IMG/VR virus record: IMGVR_UViG_3300048861_000006
Coordinates: 1 to 51,962 of that record
DNA from: a virus
Lineage: Duplodnaviria > Caudoviricetes
Strand: one strand, 5' to 3'
DNA: 51,962 nucleotides
Below, one piece after another: positions 23,827-33,628 of this stretch. The notes beneath the pieces were generated by a model. It ran no database searches and was not told the origin of the DNA. It saw nothing but the letters and a program-made list of their open reading frames with translations. The position numbers and the translations under genes are program-made. Each line of letters begins with the position of its first letter. The first letter of the stretch is position 1.

Positions 23827-23864
23827 AAAAAAAAAGCCCCTCTTGGATTTCTCCTTGAGGGGCT
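23827..23864 (-). terminator. Intrinsic terminator at the convergence of the two arms (U-tract on the - strand)
   Basis: AGCCCCTC...GAGGGGCT stem with an A9 run on the + strand. Confidence 0.88.
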
Positions 23865-23908
23865 AACACTTTGAGGTCTGCTCCGCAATGGAGCATCTAC
23901 ATTCTACC

Positions 23909-24190
23909 TCAATTTTTCCTACCGTGGTCTTTCAGATGATGCTTGTTCTTCTTACGATTGGCATTGACTGAAATCGCATGAAGATTCTTGCTGCTGTTGT
24001 CGGCAGTGTCCATGTTCTTGTGGTCAACGTCCTTGCCATCACCCTTGTGCACCTTGCCTTCCTTCTCCAGCTTCCTACGTGCTGCATTACGCTCTGCACG
24101 GCGTTTCTTCTGCAACGGGCTTTCGTTGTATTTGCGCTGACGGATTGAGTCCGCAGTAGCACCAGCCTTGAACTGCCCTTTCTTCGCCAT
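23909..24190 (-). CDS. Small basic HNH-like protein
   Basis: DVDHKN...N..KNL...NANR; very Lys/Arg rich. Confidence 0.7.
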   Translation of the reverse strand: MAKKGQFKAGATADSIRQRKYNESPLQKKRRAERNAARRKLEKEGKVHKGDGKDVDHKNMDTADNSSKNLHAISVNANRKKNKHHLKDHGRKN

Positions 24191-24357
24191 TACTTTTTCT
24201 TATTCCCTTTCCACCGATTGCCATGCCCAGTGGTGTCTTTGCCGTTGTGGGTTTTATTAGCCCAAGCCAAGATGCCCTTAGCCTGCTTCGTACTCATGTG
24301 TTCTTTCTTAGCCATGCTCTTAGCAGCACTAGCTTTGCTCATCTTTGCTTTAGCCAT
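24190..24357 (-). CDS. Small Lys/Ala-rich basic protein, 55 aa
   Basis: Read manually (MAKAKMSKASAAKSMAKKEH...); TAATG overlaps on both sides. Confidence 0.7.
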   Translation of the reverse strand: MAKAKMSKASAAKSMAKKEHMSTKQAKGILAWANKTHNGKDTTGHGNRWKGNKKK

Positions 24358-25748
24358 TATTTAACTGCCCTATTCTTAGCCACTTGATCCCGATTGCTTG
24401 CGCTATTCTCCGCTTCCGGGTAAATGTAGTTGATGACGTATTGTTTAAGCCAAGGGTACTTCTGTTCCATTGTTGTCAAAGCTGCTGCTGGTTCAGCGTA
24501 CCGACCTGTAGGTGTGTATCCTTTTCGTTGCATTTCCTTGATTGTTGTAGCAGTAGCAAGGAACTCATTCAACGCATCCCCATTACGTGCACCTTGTGGG
24601 TCCACACTAGGGAAGTCATGTTGTGCTGCATCGTCCAGCATCTTCTTCCAGTTGTCTCCGAGGCCATCATTGAACGTACCGATGTTTGCCATACGTGCAT
24701 GTTGAATCTCATGCAAAGTAGTAGCCAATGCTTCATTTACCTGAGAAGTGGGCAAAGGTTTACTGCTTTTTGTAGGATTGCCATTCTTATCTGTCCAAGT
24801 GACGTTAGAGCCTTGAACCTTTCCCAGTTTGATTGCGTCACCAGAAAGACCTCCATAACTAGCTGTAGCTCCATCTTCCGCTTCAGAACCCGTCACTTTG
24901 GTATTGATTGCATCTACGTGGTCGGGGAAATCTTTCTGGATAATCCCTACAACCTGTTGCCCCAGTGCATTAGATTGGTCATGGTACTGACCACCATCAG
25001 GCTTGCCGTTATATCCAACGGTAGGTCCGCTAGTAGTCTTATTGGTACTCAGGTAGTCGGAAAAGTCAGCACTAGCATTAGCATTGCTGCTACCCGTTGC
25101 TAGTGCCAATCCGTTTCCCAAGATTTTTGTGATGTACTTGCGCGTTTCATCTGGAATGTAAAGTTTCCAGTCTCCACCAGTCTGAGTAGCTTTCGCTACA
25201 GCACGCTCAATCTTTCCTGGCCCTGCGTTGTAAGCGGCCACGGCCTGTTCTTGATTCCCATGAAAGTTCTTCACCATTGCGTTCAGATAGTCTTTGCCGA
25301 AGCGGACATACTCATCCACTGAGTTGTTCTGAATCGGTGTCACTCCATAGCCGGGGTCACCCCCAGTCTTTGGCATCACCTGAGTAATTCCCTGTGCACC
25401 TTTCGAGCTGGTTAGCAGGTTTCCGCTATCATCCAAATGCTTCCCGCCACTCTCCGTGTTAATGAGCCTTGCGAATAGCCCTGCGGAGGTCGTAGGAGCG
25501 CTAGGAGCGGCTGCTTGCTGTGGGGCAAGGTCTGGTATTGCCGGAGGTTTGTTGGCTGTCACAGAGGCTAAATCAGGACCATTCATTTCCCAAGGCATCT
25601 TCTGATGCATGAGGGAGTCAATACCTTCCTTGACAGGCTGAACAACGTCAGAGAGAACGTTGCCAGCCGCCTTGGTCAATCCTTGCCAACCCATGCTCCA
25701 AGGGCCATCGTCAGGAAGTTCTTGGGTTTGTTGAGTTGCTTCAGCCAT
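24357..25748 (-). CDS. Internal virion protein with lytic transglycosylase (SLT) domain and C-terminal HExxH domain
   Basis: INTESGG, SSKGAQGITQVMP, AAYNAGPG, ETRKYI; later LHEIQH...NEFLA; start placed at ATG 25748 overlapping the upstream stop. Confidence 0.85.
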   Translation of the reverse strand: MAEATQQTQELPDDGPWSMGWQGLTKAAGNVLSDVVQPVKEGIDSLMHQKMPWEMNGPDLASVTANKPPAIPDLAPQQAAAPSAPTTSAGLFARLINTESGGKHLDDSGNLLTSSKGAQGITQVMPKTGGDPGYGVTPIQNNSVDEYVRFGKDYLNAMVKNFHGNQEQAVAAYNAGPGKIERAVAKATQTGGDWKLYIPDETRKYITKILGNGLALATGSSNANASADFSDYLSTNKTTSGPTVGYNGKPDGGQYHDQSNALGQQVVGIIQKDFPDHVDAINTKVTGSEAEDGATASYGGLSGDAIKLGKVQGSNVTWTDKNGNPTKSSKPLPTSQVNEALATTLHEIQHARMANIGTFNDGLGDNWKKMLDDAAQHDFPSVDPQGARNGDALNEFLATATTIKEMQRKGYTPTGRYAEPAAALTTMEQKYPWLKQYVINYIYPEAENSASNRDQVAKNRAVK

Positions 25749-27537
25749 TTCCGCCCACCTTTGTCCATGTAGACTTGTCCCTAAAGTCGCCAGTACCAGA
25801 CCACTTATAGCCATTAACCACTTGACCCGGCTTAACTGGATAGACTTGAGGCAAGAGATAATATTTGTTGTCATCCCAATACTTCTGATAATCGGTTGTA
25901 CCTTCCATGTGTGCACCAATACGCACAGTGGCATTCAACCCTTGTGCAGCAGTTTTCAAACCGTCAACAGTTGTCTGTGCTTGTTGTGTGTCTTGAGCGG
26001 ACAATCCTTTCTTCGGAGTGAAGCTAACACCAGCACCAGTGAAATTAACATCCACTGCATCTGAGATATTAGTTTGGCTGTTTGGTAGAGTGCCTTGTAG
26101 ACGTGTCCCAACCGCTTGCACAATTGCAGGTTGATACAGCATCTGGAAAGTTTTCTTAGCGGATTGTGCAGCTAGAGGATCGATTTGACCATGTTGCATC
26201 ATGTATGCGTACTGCGAGCTTCCGAAGAAGTCTGCCAAAGGCTTCAGCTTGTCAGGAGTAGCGCCTTGATTGAGAAGCTGTCCTGCCTGAGACAAGAGGT
26301 TATTAACCGTGTTAGAGCCTTCTACGTTCCCTGCTACGCTATCGGTTGCCTTGCCAGTACGAAGCTTGTCAATCCCTTCCTTGATTGCCTTAATCGAATC
26401 ATTCTCAATTTCAGGATTACCAGCAATCTGAGGAACATACGAGCTAGGCATGCCGTTGCTTGTTGGAGTTTTACCCGCAGTGCCGACAGCCTTGAGTGTG
26501 GCTGCTGCGTTCTTAGCCATAAGAACAGCATTGTTCGTATTCAACATCTGACTAGCAGCAGTGAGGGTTGCAAGCTCTGGATCATTGGACAGGGCATTAA
26601 TCTTTGCTTGCGTAATCGTATCGTTATACTTGGCGTCAAGATCGGCACTTTGTTTGGCAGGATCAAGACGTTGCAATCCCAGTTGGAATTTGCTATCAAA
26701 CAGAGAACGATATGGGGAAGCAATTTCTGGATTCTGTCCAGCTAGAGATTGCAATACTCCAGAGACATTCCCATATTGGCTTTGAAGGATAGCTCGTGCT
26801 GCATCAGGAGTCTTGTTTCCGCTCTTAACGTCATTGACAAGGCTCTGTACAGTGGCATCAAAAGCATCCATGTTCTTGCCAGCCATATCAGCAACCAGCG
26901 TCACTGAGGCTTGCTTATTTGCCCTGTCGGTTTGCGCCTGACTGAACGTAGTGTTCTCACGATCAAATGCAGCCTTAGCTGCTTGCTGTTGCAAAGTTTT
27001 CTGAGCTTGCACATTGGTTTGTGCAGCGTTGATAATCACACCACGTTGCGCTTCCGACATGGAAGAGTCCAGATGGTAGCCTTGAGCAATTGCTTGCTGA
27101 TTTTCTTCATCCCGAATCTTCTGCTGTTCATCTTGACGCTGCTTAACAATGTTGTCAGTGTTGCCCGTTTGAGTGGTTGCCTTGAAAGCTGCATTCAACC
27201 CAGTAATGTCACTTGCCAATTGAGGGTAAGCAGCAAGGGCTTCATTGTATTTAGCCATCGAACGCGTCTGAGCTTCTTGTGGAGTTATCTGCCCTGTAGC
27301 TACAGCGCTATTGATTGCTGCTTGATCCTGAGAGATACCACCAAGAATAGCGTTCTTGGCTTTCTGCATCTGCACATCGTAATAATTGTTTACACCCTTA
27401 CCCAGCATGTCCGCAATCCCGCTGAGAGCTTGCGGCAGTGTGCTAGAGGGCACAGGAGTCTTGGGAGTGACAACAGGCGAATCCCCAGCACCCGAAGGTG
27501 CCGAGAGGTTCGCTGATTGTTCGCTGAAGTCCGCCAT
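25741..27537 (-). CDS. Internal virion (ejection) protein
   Basis: 598 aa, Ala/Gln-rich helical composition, podovirus core-protein position. Confidence 0.75.
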   Translation of the reverse strand: MADFSEQSANLSAPSGAGDSPVVTPKTPVPSSTLPQALSGIADMLGKGVNNYYDVQMQKAKNAILGGISQDQAAINSAVATGQITPQEAQTRSMAKYNEALAAYPQLASDITGLNAAFKATTQTGNTDNIVKQRQDEQQKIRDEENQQAIAQGYHLDSSMSEAQRGVIINAAQTNVQAQKTLQQQAAKAAFDRENTTFSQAQTDRANKQASVTLVADMAGKNMDAFDATVQSLVNDVKSGNKTPDAARAILQSQYGNVSGVLQSLAGQNPEIASPYRSLFDSKFQLGLQRLDPAKQSADLDAKYNDTITQAKINALSNDPELATLTAASQMLNTNNAVLMAKNAAATLKAVGTAGKTPTSNGMPSSYVPQIAGNPEIENDSIKAIKEGIDKLRTGKATDSVAGNVEGSNTVNNLLSQAGQLLNQGATPDKLKPLADFFGSSQYAYMMQHGQIDPLAAQSAKKTFQMLYQPAIVQAVGTRLQGTLPNSQTNISDAVDVNFTGAGVSFTPKKGLSAQDTQQAQTTVDGLKTAAQGLNATVRIGAHMEGTTDYQKYWDDNKYYLLPQVYPVKPGQVVNGYKWSGTGDFRDKSTWTKVGGNG

Positions 27538-30500
27538 TACATTTTATCCTTAGTGTATTTATCCAACTCTTTCTGAGAGTTCTTAGCAAAATCTAGAGCA
27601 TCGTTCATTTGCTTCTTGGTGTTATCGTCAACATCCATGTTTGCAATACGAGTACGATAGTCAGTCATGCCGGGAAGATTGAAAGAGTTGAACATCTGCT
27701 TAGTCAGGTTTGCATCCACACCTACCGAGTCACGAGTCCATTGCTCTTGGATAATCTTCAAGGCATCAGGATCGTTAGCGTAATACTGCATCGCTGCACC
27801 AGTTACATCGGTCATGAACTTAGTATCTGGACTTTCGTTCTCGTAGTAATGCTGTGCATAAAACTTTTTAATATCTTTATATACCTGCAAAACCTGCTGT
27901 TTATGACGGTTGGTATCCTCACGCATCTGGTTAGCCATGTCATAGTTCTGTGCTTGCGCTTGAGAAGTGAATCCAAAAGCTTGAGCAATAACATCTCCAT
28001 TAGTCGTGTTGCTGTCGATCAATTGACCATACGCATCACGACGCTCACCAAACTTCTTCACCAGATATGCCTTGTGAGCGTTAGAGAATCCTGACGACAA
28101 TGCAGCCGTAGAAGTCATCAGGTCAACAAACTTATCTGGAGTAGTGCGATCATCGAATGGCTTAGGATTGAAGAACGATGCCATGTTCTTTGCCACCTCA
28201 GTGAAGCGGCTACCGATCAAACCGGCAGAAGGGCTATTCATTACCGTCTGGTAGATGCCTTGCCCTGTCAGGCTATGCCACAGCTTCATCCAACCATCTA
28301 ATCCGTACGGACTGAGTGCAGAGAAGTCTTGCTTATGCGTGCCTTCAAAGACGGTATTCAAAGCATGGTTGTACAGCGTTGAAACAATCCCATCCCTCAA
28401 TACCTCAGATTTAACTGAGCCGTCATCTGGCATGAAGTCGAAACTCATCGCATTCGACAAGCCATCAAGAGCCGTACCCCACAGAACAAAATCCCCAACC
28501 ATCATTCGTGCCCGTACAGCAGGATCGATACGGCGATTAGTGAATTGCAACAGAGCTTTGTGAGGCATCTGCATAAACTGGAGCAGGGCAGCAGCAGCCC
28601 CTTGGTTGTACGGCATGTCTCCAGCAGCGTTCATGTCATACGTCAAAGCACGAATCTCGCTTTGCATTTGTTCCATCACGGTACGATCTTTCACGTTACG
28701 TCCAAGAGCCTTGTAACGGTCGTACACAGCCGCGCTATGCGCCACCATGTTTGCTAGTTCACCAGAGTCAAAGCCGATACGGCGAAGGGTTCCTGTGACA
28801 GCAGCAGCACCCTTACCAATCATTGTCTGTTGATCGGCCAGAGAAGTGAGAGAAGAACCAATCAAGTTGTGATGTTTGACCGCTTCAGTGAACCCGCTAC
28901 GATCCATAAACTTAGTGAAGTCTGTAGCAGTTGTACCGAATGCATGACTACCGTAGAACTCGTTAATCAGTTTAGGAACACGCCCACTGATAATTCCAGT
29001 AGGGTTGTACGAAGTGATACGCCAAGCTTGAGCAGACTGAGTGACAATCTGACGCAAAGGGTTGGTAGCAAGATAAGCACCGAACACTGTCTTACGCAGC
29101 TTACCGAACGGATCAACCTCACCAGCAGAACGCAAAGCACGTTCAGTAGTGGAGAATCCTTTCTCACCAGCTTCATCAGCAATCACGTTGAACACAGCCT
29201 TCATGCCATCGTTGATTGAGTTGATGTAGCCATTCTTCAGGTAGTTCAGATATTCCCAAGTGGTGCGAGCGTCAGCAACACGCTTACTAGTGGTTTCACC
29301 AAGACGGCCAATCTCGCTTGCCGATTGAGGGAATCGTTTGCCACCCCAAGCATTATCAGCAGGCAAGACATCTGCGTATTGCTTCATGAAACGTTCAGAT
29401 GCGGTGTCCAAGAAGTTGCGCATCACAGTACGTCCGCTAATACTCTTAGCAGCCCGCTCAGCGCTCTTGGCAGGGCTATCGATATACTTGGTATCCCCAA
29501 GCTGTGCAGGGGCACTAGCATCCTCTAGAAGCTGTCCACGCTGACGTTGATTGATACGTCCACCAGCACTGTTCACATCCCAATGCTCATCCGAATTAAA
29601 ACGGAAGTTACGGCTATCGTTACGAAGTGCGTATGCCTTGGAGGGATCATTAGCCACCATGCGCTTGATGAATGCTTTGGCTTCGTTCGTATCACCAGCT
29701 ACAGCAACCGTACGAATCTTGTTTCCATTGCCATCCACTTCATCAATGAACTTAGCACCGTTGTACGAGATTGAGTAATAGCCCTTGCGCTTGTTCAGCA
29801 CAGTGTCGCTATCCTTCAAAGCTCGGCTGTACTCAGTGGGAGTCTGACGGATAATCATATGCTCCACTTGCTCACCAGAGAGCGTAGCAGGACGACGAAG
29901 GCGAGCTAGAGTGCCACCCTTGTTGTACAAATCTTCTAGCTCATTGGGAGCAAAGCTGCGTACAGTATCGGAAGCAGGATCGTAAAATCGAGACACGTTA
30001 CGAGCGGCGCCAATCGGGCGAGCATAAAGCTCTGCATTCGCATTCTTAAAGTATTCAAAGCCTTGGTTCCTTAGTGAACGAACAACATCAAGGTTTTCCA
30101 GATAGTGATGGTCATCCCAGAAATCGCGCCACTTACGAATAGCACCCACTTCGGAGTTAGTAAATCCGCGAGCAGCCAAATCAGCTTGATCGAAATCAAT
30201 ACCTTTAAAGTTCGCTTCCCGAATGTAGTCATTGATCTTCGCCTGTCTAGCTTCGGGGAATGAACGGAAATCCTTAGCGAAGTCCTCTGCCTTGCCCACA
30301 AATGCTTTTTCAAACCGTGCCCCGTAGTCTTTAGCTACAGCAGCCGGACCTGTGATGTGCTTATCCAACATCGAAGCAGCATCGATTGCATAGCGTTGCA
30401 GGGAAGCCCTATCCCCAAAGTTTGTACCAGCGAAACGATCAAGAGGATTACGCTTCACAGCTAGTGCGCTCATTTCATCAAACCACGAAGGATTGACTTC

Positions 30501-32558
30501 AGGATTGCTCTTGACTTGAATCTTGTAATCGCCTTCCAGATTCTTCACGCTCTCTGCTGTTACAGGAACGTGATTAACACCTTGCTTCTCAAGGATGGAA
30601 ATGTCGTCATCAGTAACACCGTAGTGACGCAATGCATACTTGGCTTGCTCCATTGCATCTTCTGCCTTGGAGAAACTGCCAGCAGGCACTTCGTACACGG
30701 CATTGATGATAGCGCGGTTGCCTTCCCACTTGAACGAACTCATTGCGTCATTAGCTGTGAGTCCAGTCGCGTTGCCAAAGTCATTCACCATGCGTGCACG
30801 AGCTTGGGCCTGTTCAGCAGGGGTGAGGGCATTAACGCTAGTGTCATTCACCAAGTCAACAAGCTTAGGATCGACCGAAGTCTCAATACGGATATTACGG
30901 TCAATGTCATTCACGCGAGAGAACACAACTCCACTGTCTGAAGTTTGTGGCATCACGTTGTTGACGATTGCTTGTTGCTTGTCTACACCAGTGAGAGCAT
31001 CCGAGATTTCATCAGCACCCTTGGTGATTGCCTCTTGGAATCCACGAGCCGAATCAGGATTGCTGTTCTGTGCAATCTCCATCGGGCTATTGGGATTGAT
31101 GTCATGCGTAACCGACTGCTTTGCCATCCGTGACATAAGCTGTGCCAAGTTCTCCTTCGGAACTTCAGGAACACCCTTAGGCATGAGCAGGGCAGGAATC
31201 TTTGATGCAGGGGCAGCAGTCTTAGTGCCAGTGCCACCGAGAAGGGCAGGAACACCGTTCTGGCCGGCTGTTGTGACATCCTGAGTCACACCCATAGACT
31301 GAGGCTTGAGAAGGGCACCAGCGTCCTTCTGAGTAGCTTGTACAGCTTGTCCGTCACCGCCCAGCAACGTGCCTACGTTCTGAGGCTGAGAGACAGGAGT
31401 CTTAGTACCTTCGAATGCAGGCTCTGCCTTACCACCAGCCGATGACGCAGTAGCCGAACCCATCGTAGGTTCTGCAACATCATTCGTCACAGGGCCAGCA
31501 CCAACAGTGCCTTCCTGACGTACCGTGGATTGAATAGGACCAGCGTTAGCCTTGGCAAACATATTGGCTTCAGCTTGGTTGATTGCACCCGTACCACCAG
31601 TAACCATACGCTTGATGTTCTTGCCCATCAAACCAATATCTTTGATGTTAGAACCAGCAAACGTAAGATCAGCCAAACCACCAAGGTTATCCAGAAACTC
31701 GCTACCCATTCCATAAGACTCAGTATTGAAAATCTTATTGAATTGATCGAATGCTTCGTGCTGATTGTCATTGCCGTACAAGAAGCCAGAGTGGTTCTGA
31801 ACGGAATTGAACATTACCTTCGCCACTGCCAACTGTTGATCCATTGGCAAGGTTTGGATGTACCCTTGCAAATCACGAGCAGCCGTACCGGGACGTACGT
31901 AGGTAGTGAAGTTCTCCCACCACTTACGAGGGATACCAGTCTGTTGAGAAAGATCGTTGTAAATCTTGTTCTCAGTGAGAGCGTTCTTGAATGGGATAAG
32001 TCCTGACATCGCATCAAAGAACTGTGTACCAGCGTCTGTAGCGTCTGCCTTATCCTTCAGTTTGTTAGACATCACCTGAATAGCTGCACGTTGTTGTGCA
32101 TACTCAGCCATCATATCCGCTGTGGAGATACGAGCATTCTCTGAGTCAACCGTCTCACCACCAGCAGGTTTAGACAGCAGATTGGTTTGGAGAATGGTAG
32201 ACGTATCCTGCATCACAGGATTCAGATGGAAGTTTGCTACAGCTTCCTGCTTGGCAGAGATTGGGGTAGTAGGATCAGCCAACATGCCCATCAGGCTCTT
32301 TTGATCTTGATCCTTAATGCCTGCCTGTGCCTGTTGCTTGAGAAGCTGTTGTGTAGTGTTCTGTCCTTGCTGCGCTTCACTCATGATCGTGTTGTACGAA
32401 TCCTGAGATTGGAAAGGATTAGCCACCAGCGATGTGATGGCGGCTTGATTCCGGGTAGCAGCAACAGGAGGGGGATTAGACGGCAACGGGGAAGTTGTCA
32501 CCAAATCATCAAGCGGGACTGGGGAACTAACTGCCCCGCTGTCGTCAAGAATATCCAT
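27537..32558 (-). CDS. Large internal virion (ejection) protein, 1673 aa
   Basis: Size, composition and position in the core-protein block. Confidence 0.75.
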   Translation of the reverse strand: MDILDDSGAVSSPVPLDDLVTTSPLPSNPPPVAATRNQAAITSLVANPFQSQDSYNTIMSEAQQGQNTTQQLLKQQAQAGIKDQDQKSLMGMLADPTTPISAKQEAVANFHLNPVMQDTSTILQTNLLSKPAGGETVDSENARISTADMMAEYAQQRAAIQVMSNKLKDKADATDAGTQFFDAMSGLIPFKNALTENKIYNDLSQQTGIPRKWWENFTTYVRPGTAARDLQGYIQTLPMDQQLAVAKVMFNSVQNHSGFLYGNDNQHEAFDQFNKIFNTESYGMGSEFLDNLGGLADLTFAGSNIKDIGLMGKNIKRMVTGGTGAINQAEANMFAKANAGPIQSTVRQEGTVGAGPVTNDVAEPTMGSATASSAGGKAEPAFEGTKTPVSQPQNVGTLLGGDGQAVQATQKDAGALLKPQSMGVTQDVTTAGQNGVPALLGGTGTKTAAPASKIPALLMPKGVPEVPKENLAQLMSRMAKQSVTHDINPNSPMEIAQNSNPDSARGFQEAITKGADEISDALTGVDKQQAIVNNVMPQTSDSGVVFSRVNDIDRNIRIETSVDPKLVDLVNDTSVNALTPAEQAQARARMVNDFGNATGLTANDAMSSFKWEGNRAIINAVYEVPAGSFSKAEDAMEQAKYALRHYGVTDDDISILEKQGVNHVPVTAESVKNLEGDYKIQVKSNPEVNPSWFDEMSALAVKRNPLDRFAGTNFGDRASLQRYAIDAASMLDKHITGPAAVAKDYGARFEKAFVGKAEDFAKDFRSFPEARQAKINDYIREANFKGIDFDQADLAARGFTNSEVGAIRKWRDFWDDHHYLENLDVVRSLRNQGFEYFKNANAELYARPIGAARNVSRFYDPASDTVRSFAPNELEDLYNKGGTLARLRRPATLSGEQVEHMIIRQTPTEYSRALKDSDTVLNKRKGYYSISYNGAKFIDEVDGNGNKIRTVAVAGDTNEAKAFIKRMVANDPSKAYALRNDSRNFRFNSDEHWDVNSAGGRINQRQRGQLLEDASAPAQLGDTKYIDSPAKSAERAAKSISGRTVMRNFLDTASERFMKQYADVLPADNAWGGKRFPQSASEIGRLGETTSKRVADARTTWEYLNYLKNGYINSINDGMKAVFNVIADEAGEKGFSTTERALRSAGEVDPFGKLRKTVFGAYLATNPLRQIVTQSAQAWRITSYNPTGIISGRVPKLINEFYGSHAFGTTATDFTKFMDRSGFTEAVKHHNLIGSSLTSLADQQTMIGKGAAAVTGTLRRIGFDSGELANMVAHSAAVYDRYKALGRNVKDRTVMEQMQSEIRALTYDMNAAGDMPYNQGAAAALLQFMQMPHKALLQFTNRRIDPAVRARMMVGDFVLWGTALDGLSNAMSFDFMPDDGSVKSEVLRDGIVSTLYNHALNTVFEGTHKQDFSALSPYGLDGWMKLWHSLTGQGIYQTVMNSPSAGLIGSRFTEVAKNMASFFNPKPFDDRTTPDKFVDLMTSTAALSSGFSNAHKAYLVKKFGERRDAYGQLIDSNTTNGDVIAQAFGFTSQAQAQNYDMANQMREDTNRHKQQVLQVYKDIKKFYAQHYYENESPDTKFMTDVTGAAMQYYANDPDALKIIQEQWTRDSVGVDANLTKQMFNSFNLPGMTDYRTRIANMDVDDNTKKQMNDALDFAKNSQKELDKYTKDKM

Positions 32559-32566
32559 TTAATTCC

Positions 32567-33109
32567 TTAACCGTAATCGGATGGGTTGTCGAAAGATTTA
32601 TCGACTGCTTGTGAGGTTGTACCGGGAATCTTTGCACTTTTGGCAGAAGCGCCATACGCAGCACCGGCAACAGACCCAATAGTATTGAAGATTGAGCTAA
32701 GACCTTGCATCTGTCCGGCTGTCTGTTGAGCATTGAACAGCGTTTGATTAGCTTCGGACATATCGTTACCGATACGAACACCACGGTCGTATTGACCTTG
32801 GATATCTCCTTGGTTGGTTGCGTATTGGGTTTGCAAACTTCCCAATGCTCCAAATTCACCAGAGCCGTTTTCTACACCTGAGTTGTCTGCCGACTGCATA
32901 ATACGGGCACGCTTAATACGATCTTGCCGGTATTGATCTCGTGCAGCAGCAGCAGCTTGTTGTGCATTGCTAGCACGCTGTTCATTAGCTGCGTCTTGTT
33001 GTAAATCGTTAGCGTGCCGTGCAGCCGCTCTTGATTGGTTGCCGGATACAATACCTGTAACGGTAGAAGCCACTGCTGCAACAGCAACAACGGCTAGTGC
33101 GACTGGCAT
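32567..33109 (-). CDS. Small internal virion protein (T7 gp14-like position)
   Basis: Hydrophobic Ala/Val N-terminus, Gln/Ala-rich; SD AGGAG before ATG 33109. Confidence 0.75.
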   Translation of the reverse strand: MPVALAVVAVAAVASTVTGIVSGNQSRAAARHANDLQQDAANEQRASNAQQAAAAARDQYRQDRIKRARIMQSADNSGVENGSGEFGALGSLQTQYATNQGDIQGQYDRGVRIGNDMSEANQTLFNAQQTAGQMQGLSSIFNTIGSVAGAAYGASAKSAKIPGTTSQAVDKSFDNPSDYG

Positions 33110-33110
33110 G

Positions 33111-33557
33111 TTAAATCTCCTTACAGTAAACAGTCTCCATAGGAAGGTAGCCAAGACGTTGCAGGATTTTGCCGAGAGGAGAGTTGAGTGGGGAGTTCCA
33201 TGTCATAAGGTCCGCACCAGACTTCTTAGCAGTGTCTGCTGTCTTTTTGATTAGCCGAATTCCTAAGGGTGTGTCTCTAAATAAAGGATCAACATATAGG
33301 GCATCATTCGTACAAGTCAGACCACCAGCACAATGCACGTTGGGTCCGAGAAGATTGATTGAGTATCCAACAATCAGGTTGTCATAGTACGCAAACAACC
33401 CAAATGCCAAGCCCATATCTTCCATCTGCTTGTAGATGGGGAAATCAATTTCTACCTTTCTGTCAGTCTTGCCATAAACTTCTTCCCAGTGTTGCTCATA
33501 CAGGTCAACAAGTTCATAAGCAGTAGGGATAATTGGCAGTTGTTTGATTTCAACCAT
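33111..33557 (-). CDS. GNAT-family acetyltransferase-like protein
   Basis: LYVDPLFRDTPLGIRLI acetyl-CoA-binding motif A; LQRLGY. Confidence 0.8.
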   Translation of the reverse strand: MVEIKQLPIIPTAYELVDLYEQHWEEVYGKTDRKVEIDFPIYKQMEDMGLAFGLFAYYDNLIVGYSINLLGPNVHCAGGLTCTNDALYVDPLFRDTPLGIRLIKKTADTAKKSGADLMTWNSPLNSPLGKILQRLGYLPMETVYCKEI

Positions 33558-33583
33558 TTCGATTCCTAGTCAGTAAATACTTT

Positions 33584-33612
33584 ATTTATCTATTTAATTG
33601 TTGAATTATTAC
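33584..33612 (-). promoter_or_regulatory. Candidate late promoter GTAA-N16-TAGATAAAT
   Basis: Intergenic, upstream of the GNAT/internal-virion operon; shared motif and spacing. Confidence 0.7.
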
Positions 33613-33628
33613 GTAAGAGCCTAAGCCC

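Noticed and set aside
25749-25934. N-terminal extension of the 525-aa ORF as given in the ORF track
   Set aside because: It overlaps the upstream gene by about 190 nt; ATG 25748 at the upstream stop is the more plausible start
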